Positions 56,695-64,000 of a DNA stretch of 64,000 bases are shown here, piece after piece; the stretch's first letter is position 1, and each line of letters starts with the position of its first letter. Made by a program: the position numbers and the translations under genes. The DNA comes from Anolis carolinensis. Its lineage: Eukaryota. The notes under the pieces are model-generated. The model did not search any database and had not been told where the DNA came from. It saw only the letters and a program-made list of their open reading frames with translations. Location: assembly GCF_035594765.1 (NCBI RefSeq), contig NC_085846.1, positions 20,757,190 through 20,821,189 on the forward strand, in the 5' to 3' direction.

Positions 56695-59600
56695 GCTATA
56701 TCAAAACTGCAAAACTCTAGCAGTTTGACATCACATTAGCTGCTATAGATCAATGGATGGAATTCTGTGATTTGTAGTTTTGTGAGATATTTACTCCTTT
56801 TGTTCAGACATCTCTGATGCCACAACAAATTACAAATTACAGAATTCCAAAGTTTGGAACTGTGGCAGTTATAGTGGAAGCAAACCACTATAATTCTGCA
56901 GTGTGGATGGTCTCTTAGTGACAAGAAAAAATACTAACTTTCAGCTTCACATTATGAACCAAACGTCATTATACTTAATGTAGCATAAGGTCTCCCACTG
57001 TTTTTCCATATCTGAATCCATTATCTTACCTATTGCTAAATCACACTCTGATTCCAAATAAAATTAAGTATGGCCAGTCCACCTAGATCATAGTAAGGGC
57101 CTATCAATCCTCATGTAGATTCTGTTTCCTACAATACCCTAGTGAAACTTCCAGTTCTAAACATAAAATTTCAATGGTTTCTCTTGAAAATTATTTTATT
57201 TTAGAAGGTTTCTCCTAGCAATGGAATTTCATTCATATCTGCTCAGAAGTAAGTTTCATTCAGCTCACTAGGAATTACTGAAAGGCAAACAATTCCAAGT
57301 ATAGCAGCTGTGAACTAAATGAAACAGTATTTAAATAGAATAGAATGCAAGTTTTAAATTTTGTACTACAGTACCTCCCTTTCAAGGGAAAATGCAGTTC
57401 TGAACCTCACACATTTTGTGTTCTCAATGTAGATTTGTAGACAGTGGTAAATAATGAATTTTATGAGGATGCAATGTATAATATTACCATATGAAAGCAA
57501 TATATGGCATTTCATCATTTTAAACTATTCCATTTTTAAAATGGTTGTATCAATCAGATAATGTAGGGATGAAAAGGGCAAGAACTATAAAGTACTTTAA
57601 ATACATATATGAAGACAGATAGATAGCATTCTGTGTCTGTTATGGGTAAATCTATGTCAACATACACATTCACCAGTAAGGTTTATGTCATTAAAATCTG
57701 TTTGTAAGTAAGAGGGATAACACATAATGTGTACTTACTTTCATAAATGCAGCTTTATGTTTATCTCACCTTTATTGCCAGATATATCTTCTATTTATAA
57801 AATAGATTTTTTTTTTGTTGGAATCATGTCCCCTTGAATGTCTCCATATATTGTTCCAGCAACTTTCAGGAGAATTGAGGCCACTGGATGTACAGAGAAC
57901 AGATTGGTACAAATAATCTCCTTATACTGGTAACAAGAGGGGTATACAGCATGGATTGAAGGAGTTGACAGGGAAGATAAGTATTTGGTTGACAAAAGGA
58001 ACCTCTTCCTATCCACGTGAACCTCTTCAACTCTGAAAAGGATGAGTCAGACACTCTCCAATAAGTTACAATGACAAACGCATAAGATTACATTTGAGAA
58101 AAGACCAACCATTACAGGATACATTATGGCAATTCAGAAAACAGAATATGTAATTCACAAACCTCCTGTAAACTTTGTTGCTAGCCTCTGGGTTTCAGAA
58201 ATACAGCCTCTAAACGTAGTGTTATCTGCAGTTTCACTGCTGATCGAAACCTTATTCTAAATACAGCTAAGGATGCCTACCATGATATCTTGATGCCTAC
58301 CATGATATCTTGTAGCAGTGAATTCCATACATTTTGTATGGTAAGATGAAGGTTTCTGTGTCTCCTGCTTTTGCCACTTCCAAGTTTCTGGCCTATTGCT
58401 ATTATTTCTATACCTATCTTTTAAAAAAGCTTTAAAGGCACTAAAGCTTTGAACTTGTGGTGAGCAAAAGAGTCTCCTCATATAATTTTGACTTTTTTCC
58501 TGTACATTTCCAGTTTAGTAACCTATTTCTCTCCAACATAAGATAGATAGATTAGAAAGGCAAATATTATAAAGAACAAAACCAAAAGAGATGGCATATG
58601 GATATGATAAGGAAGAAATTCAAATAGATATAAAAATTTTTATCTAAATACATTGCACAATCTTCAAGTATATATCTACATCTCTGTCTATCCACCTTAA
58701 CAGAGGGTAATGATCCAGTGGAGTCACAAAATGCTAGTTATTCAGATGACATCAATATATTCTAAGTAATTATAAACAATACAAAAGTATTATTATTAGA
58801 TGAAGCATTCATACCTACATTCTTTATTAAACAACTGCAATCTTCTGTAGATAATATTCAAAATATTTGTTACTTGTATTTCTCACTTCTGTTACCACAG
58901 ATCTAAATTCCTACATCTTACTATTGTTGTTTAAACCTTTTAGGGAGAATTTTTAGTCTATGACATAGAAGACTGATTTTCCTCATTAAATGCTCTTATT
59001 TCTAGTGTTGCTTCACAAACACTAGGGACAATGCATATCTCTCAGCACTAACCTTAGGGACATGTTCACTAATAGTCAAGTATTTAAGCCATCTCTGTGT
59101 GTACTGTAGATACGATAATAACTCTTGTTTACTTAATTTGGAGAGTTGTGAAAAAATTCTCCAACAAAGTTTGGGGATCAAAACTTTGACACCAAGAGAA
59201 AAGAAGGAATACTCAGAACCATAGTTAGAGATGGTTAATAGTGGCCTGTCTCTCCAGGAAAATTTCAGATTAATCCATTTGCTAGCCATGGCGATATAAG
59301 GAAGCTTCTATTCAAGTGTCAGTGTCATATTTTGGAGAGATTTGTATTATTGACATTTGGATAATTATTTTCTTTCATCTATGGTGGATAATTGTGATGC
59401 TTAGGTGCAGCCATCTACGCTGTTGTATTAATGCAATTTGTCACTACCTTAATTGCCATGTTATGGAATCATGGGAGCTGGAGATCTTTAACCTTCTCAG
59501 TCATTTGGTGAGAACCAATTGTGATGATATGCAATCTTTCAAAACGTCGTCAGGAAAAATTATATAAAAAACCTCCAAAAATCAGAGGACTAAAATGCTT

Positions 59601-60594
59601 TCATTATGAAAAGTGATCTTATTACACAAAGTTTCATAGTGTAAAGGGAATGATCTTCCCTCCTTATTAAGAAATTTGGGTTTTTTCATGCATGGAGTGA
59701 CAACCAGGAGTCATAAGACAAAAGGGATCTTGATATTATTTTGCTGTGCACACCTTGATATATGTTATCCAGAAAGCATATTTACCTAGATGAATATTCT
59801 TAGAATATCTTGATATTCACCCTTCACCAGAAAATATTCAAAATATTTCACAAAAATTACAATGGAAGAATACATAAAGTAAAAAAAAGTATTATCTACA
59901 GCAAGGAGAAATGTATATGGTATCATTTTACTTGAAAAATCGTAACTGATGAATATGTAATGTTCCATTGCTAGATGATTCTATACAGAGAAAAGCCAGA
60001 GAATTAGGTATGGGGACTCATATACTGTGAAAGTAGATAAAACTGTTCCATCGCCTTTTCTGATTTGTTGGTCATTATACAAAAAGGAATCTCTGCCTCA
60101 AACTTATTTGGTCCCTCCCCCCCCCCCCCTCAGGAAACAGCACTGGGGAAAGCATAATCAACTTCACAATCCAAGCATGTGTATATGGCCCCATCTATGC
60201 AGGTAAATTTAATTTTATGAATCTATACTGATCATATAATGTAGTTGCAAACTGGATTATAGGGCAGTGTAGATGAGGCCTGTGTGAAAAGTATTATTTA
60301 GCTCAAATGTCTAGGTCTCAATTTCAAGGGAGATAGGCAGCTAAAAATCATTGTATTTTCTGAACACCGCCTTCTTTTTCTGCTTGACCTTTGAATAGTA
60401 GCATGCCTCAAGCTCACCCAGTTGTGTGTGAGTGCTTTCAAGTCACCCGTGGACTTAGTTGATGTCATGAATTTCATAAGGTTTTCTTAAGCAAGGAATA
60501 CTCACATGTTGTTTGACCAGTGCCATCCTCTTAAATGGATCCTATAGCGTCTGTGATTCATTGGTGGTCTCCTTTCTAAGTGCTAATTCATGTA

Positions 60595-60630
60595 AAGGTT
60601 TTCCCCTGACATAAAGTCCAGTTGTGCTGA
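60595..60630 (-). mobile_element. Sauria SINE tail fragment
   Basis: taaaggttttcccctgacataaagtccagttgtg matches the reverse complement of the 16730-16762 tail. Confidence 0.6.
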
Positions 60631-60774
60631 GATTGAAGGACTAGCATCCAGTGGGCATTTACACTATGTAACGAAATTTGAAAACAAAAATCTGTTCCTG
60701 GTTTGAAAGTGTTACTGTATTTCCTCTTTAATTTTGCAGTAATTACATTAGAGTCTCACTTTAACATTTTATTT

Positions 60775-60916
60775 TGTATGTGGTTATTTATGACTTGCTT
60801 TTATTGTCTGATTGATTGGTTTTATTGTTTTGTTTTTATATTGTTCTGTTCGGGCTTGGTCCCATGTAAGCCGCCCTGAGTCCCTTCGGGGAGATGGGGC
60901 GGGGTATAAGAATAAA

Positions 60917-60970
<54 letters not shown>
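60775..60970 (+). mobile_element. Short L2 3' end closely matching the intact L2, with (TTA)n tail
   Basis: tcgggcttggtcccatgtaagccgccctgagtcccttcggggagatggggcggggtataagaataaa is nearly identical to 32818-32886. Confidence 0.9.
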
Positions 60971-60971
<1 letters not shown>

Positions 60972-61249
60972 TTATGTAACATTTATAACATCCCTTGAGA
61001 ACTGCGAATGAAAGGTGGCTATTGGATTTTGGCAAAAGGTTTGAGTTGCTTAACATTGCTATTGGAGGTATAGTAAAACCAGTGTGTTCTGGAAAATGAT
61101 TAAAAAATCCATGGGATGATCCCTTTCTTAAATAAACCTGTACCATCTAGCTTATTATCTTAAATCAGCCAGTACCGCCTACTTATTATCATATGGCATG
61201 ATAGTTTGCAGGTCTTTTGGGTCTTGAGCTAAACACATTCCTTAAAACT

Positions 61250-61701
61250 GGCTGTGGCGCAGCTGTTGAGCAGCTGCCTTAAATCACTCTGACCATGAGG
61301 TCATGAGTTCGAGGCCAGCCCGTGGCGGGGTGAGCACCCGTCAATTAAAAATTAAAAAAAAATAGCCCCTGCTCGTTGCTGACCTAGCAACCTGAAAGAT
61401 AGTTGCATCTATCAAGTAGGAGATAAGGTACCACTTGTAAGTGGGGAGGCAAGATTAACTAATTTACGACCTGGAATGAGGAAGTGCCGTCAGTGTGGAT
61501 GATGAAGCAGCTGCTCCCCCCTGTGGCCAGAATCGAACATCCCCTCAGAAGAAGGTTAACTTGCCTCTGCGTGTGTCTCTCAGTCTCTGTTTGATGTGTT
61601 TATGGGCATTGAATATTTGCCCTATGTGTGTTATAATGTGATCCGCCCTGAGTCCCCTTCGGGGTGAGAAGGGCGGAATATAAATACTGTAAATAAATAA
61701 A
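61250..61701 (+). mobile_element. Full-length tRNA-derived SINE with L2-type tail (Anolis SINE2-like)
   Basis: A-box-like TGGCGCAGCTG, B-box-like GAGTTCGAGGCC, tail gatccgccctgagtccccttcggggtgagaagggcgg, then (TAAA)n. Confidence 0.85.
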
Positions 61702-61916
61702 CGTTGAAATCTGCTCTGTTTTGGATTTGGAAAAAAATACTATGCAGGTGAATAATTCATCTCAAAATTGGAGGAGGCTTATCTTTCCCAGAATTCAATC
61801 ACCTAAGGAGGGTTTTTATAGCAGCAACAATTAAACCCAAAAGCTTCCTTGTCAAGATCTAGTATGATTCCCTGTCTCAAAATAATGATGGCTCACACTA
61901 TAGAATTATATAACAG

Positions 61917-62388
61917 TTCTGGTCCAATTTACCTGTCCGAACGTATCTTCCCCTATGAGCCCACAAGAACCTTAAGATCTTCTGGAGAGGCCCTGTCTCG
62001 GTCCCACCCGCCTCACAGGCACGGCTGGTGGGGACGAGAGACAGGGCCTCCTCGGTGGTGGCTCCCTGGCTGTGGAACTCCCCCCCCCCCAGTGACATTC
62101 GGCAGGCCCCATCCCTTTTGGGGTTCAGAAAAAAACTGAAGACCTGGCTATGTACGCAGGCATTTGAAGAATAAGCATGTGTTGGCTTCGACGCGATCTG
62201 AATTACGGCTCTTGTATAAGGTCTGGTGGATGAATGGCATAAGCACTTTGCATTGTTTTAAACTTTGTATATTGTATTTTATGACTATTTTATGACTGTT
62301 TTAACTGTTTTAATCATTTTAGTTTATTGTATATCAGTGTAACGGCATCAATTGCCACTTGTAAGCCGCCCTGAGTCCCCTGGCGGGG
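61917..62388 (+). mobile_element. 5'-truncated L2 3' fragment lacking its tail
   Basis: GPIYLSERIFPYEPTRTLRSSGEAL.., then a UTR and gtaagccgccctgagtcccc, running directly into another L2 ORF2. Confidence 0.85.
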
Positions 62389-64000
62389 TCTGGTGTGGGA
62401 TTCCCCTGAGAGCATAGCCTTCCTACTGGTGTACCGTGCGCCTAGTGCACCAGCAGACAGCCTATCCCAGCTGCTCGAGACTGTGTCGGAGTGGTCCTTG
62501 AGGTTCCCCAGACTTATCGTCCTTGGGGATTTCAATGTCCACGCTGATACAGACTCTTGCTCAGCAGCAGCTATGGACCTAGTGTCCACCATGGAGACAC
62601 TAGGACTCTCGCTCTGTAGTACTGGGCCCACGCATCAGGCAGGACACATGTTAGATTTGATCTTCAGCGCAGGAATTCAAGTGACCCAAGCCTCTATTAT
62701 AGAGGTTCCATGGTCGGATCACTGTGCCCTGAGGGTCAGGCTGGAGCATGCCTACCCACCTGACAAGGGCACCAAGCCAATTTGGGCTCGCCCAAGAAGA
62801 CTTATGGAACCTAGTAGGTTCCAGAATGCTCTGAAGGATCTGGAGCCTGTCAGCGACTCGATCGATGTGCAGGTGGACACATGGAACATCAGGCTATCCA
62901 ATGCACTCGACGAGATCGCCCCTAGACGCGCTCTCCAACCCCGCCGAAATCGGTCTCCTTGGTTCACCGAGGAACTTCGATCAATGAAGCGGGAAAAGAG
63001 ACGGCTAGAGGGCGTGTGGCGAGAACTTCATGACAGAGCTTCGAGATCAGCTTATAGGGCATTTATGGAGTCCTATGAGCATGCTATCATCGAAGCAAAG
63101 CGAGTATATTATGCCTCTTTGATAGCATCCGCCAGTTCACGACCGGCAAAATTATTCAAAATAATTAGATCTCTAACGACGGTTCCTACTGTCCCAAAAA
63201 GTGATGATCAGGCCCCTTCAGCCGAGGCCTTCCAAAGCTATTTTGTTGACAAGATCTCACTACTACGCCGGGACCTCCCTGCCACAATTAATACAAGGAG
63301 AGAACTTGAGACTCCATGGCCACTTGCTGGGCCTACCCTCGACCGGTTCATCCCACTGGACGCAGAGGCTGTCGATAGGCTCATAGCTGCAGCTGGACCG
63401 ACCACTTGCTCCCTCGATCCATGTCCCTCCTAGTTGGTAAAATCCTGCATGGAGGGATTATGTGAGCCTCTGTTGAAGATAATAAACAGCTCCCTGGAGC
63501 AAGGAGTCTTTCCAGAGGTTTTAAAAGAGGCGGTGGTCTCTCCCCTGCTGAAGAAACCAGATTTAGATCGTTTGGTTCCCTCCAGCTATCGCCCAGTTTC
63601 GAACCTCTCGTTCCTGGGCAAGGTGATTGAGAGGGCAGTAGCGGAGCAGTTGCAACAGTTCCTAGACAACACAGCCGGATTAGATCCCTTTCAGTCCGGC
63701 TTTCGTGCGGGACACGGGACAGAGACTGTGCTGGTCTCTATCACGGATCACCTTCGATGCCAGCTTGATCAGGGCGGGTCGGTGTTGCTCGTGTTATTAA
63801 ACCTTACTGCAGCATTTGACACAGTCAATCACAATCTTTTGACCCACCGCCTTGCCGTTGTTGGAGTCAGGGGGACAGCTTTAAATTGGCTGGCCTCCTT
63901 TCTTCACAACCGTGGACAGCGAGTGGAGAAGGGAGGCCTGGTCTCTGAAAGGTCCCCTCTACTTTGTGGGGTGCCTCAAGGGGCCATTCTCTCCCCTCTG
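62389..64000 (+). pseudogene. 5'-truncated L2 ORF2 of a second subfamily, with a nonsense codon at 63431-63433; runs off the window
   Basis: Motifs LVYRAP, LGDFNVH, GHMLDL, WSDH, PWFTEEL and DPCPS* (TAG where W is expected). It continues in frame with YRPVSNLSFLGKVIE, QSGFR, AAFDTV and GVPQGAILSP. Confidence 0.92.

Noticed and set aside
58271-58311. 20-bp tandem duplication (others at 14879-14906 and 44533-44560)
   Set aside because: These are two-unit local slippage duplications without spacers. They are not arrays and not CRISPR-like.

Overview
This is eukaryotic, AT-rich genomic DNA from a squamate reptile. The repeat content (Sauria SINE, Vingi, Penelope, L2, CR1, hAT and Harbinger-type MITEs) points to Anolis or a related lizard; that assignment is an inference. 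The window is a chemosensory-receptor cluster. It holds six intact single-exon class II olfactory receptor ORFs, one truncated OR pseudogene, and one complete six-exon vomeronasal type-2 receptor (V2R, 863 aa after splicing) on the minus strand. The intergenic and intronic space is dense with transposons. Four observations stand out. (1) An apparently intact L2-clade LINE has ORF1 and ORF2 in the same frame, separated by one UGA in the readthrough context UGA-CUAG, with no AUG ahead of the ORF2 endonuclease; this is a candidate programmed stop-codon readthrough. (2) A ~400-bp TSD-flanked non-coding retroelement begins exactly at the predicted cleavage site of a complete HDV-like ribozyme fold. 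(3) Four Penelope-derived hammerhead ribozyme motifs are present, each mutated, one of them inside a long hairpin. (4) A young 1.56-kb hAT-type element with a perfect 8-bp TSD carries captured cargo, including a CpG-island promoter/first-exon-like fragment. Repeat-family and OR-family names come from motif recognition, not database searches.
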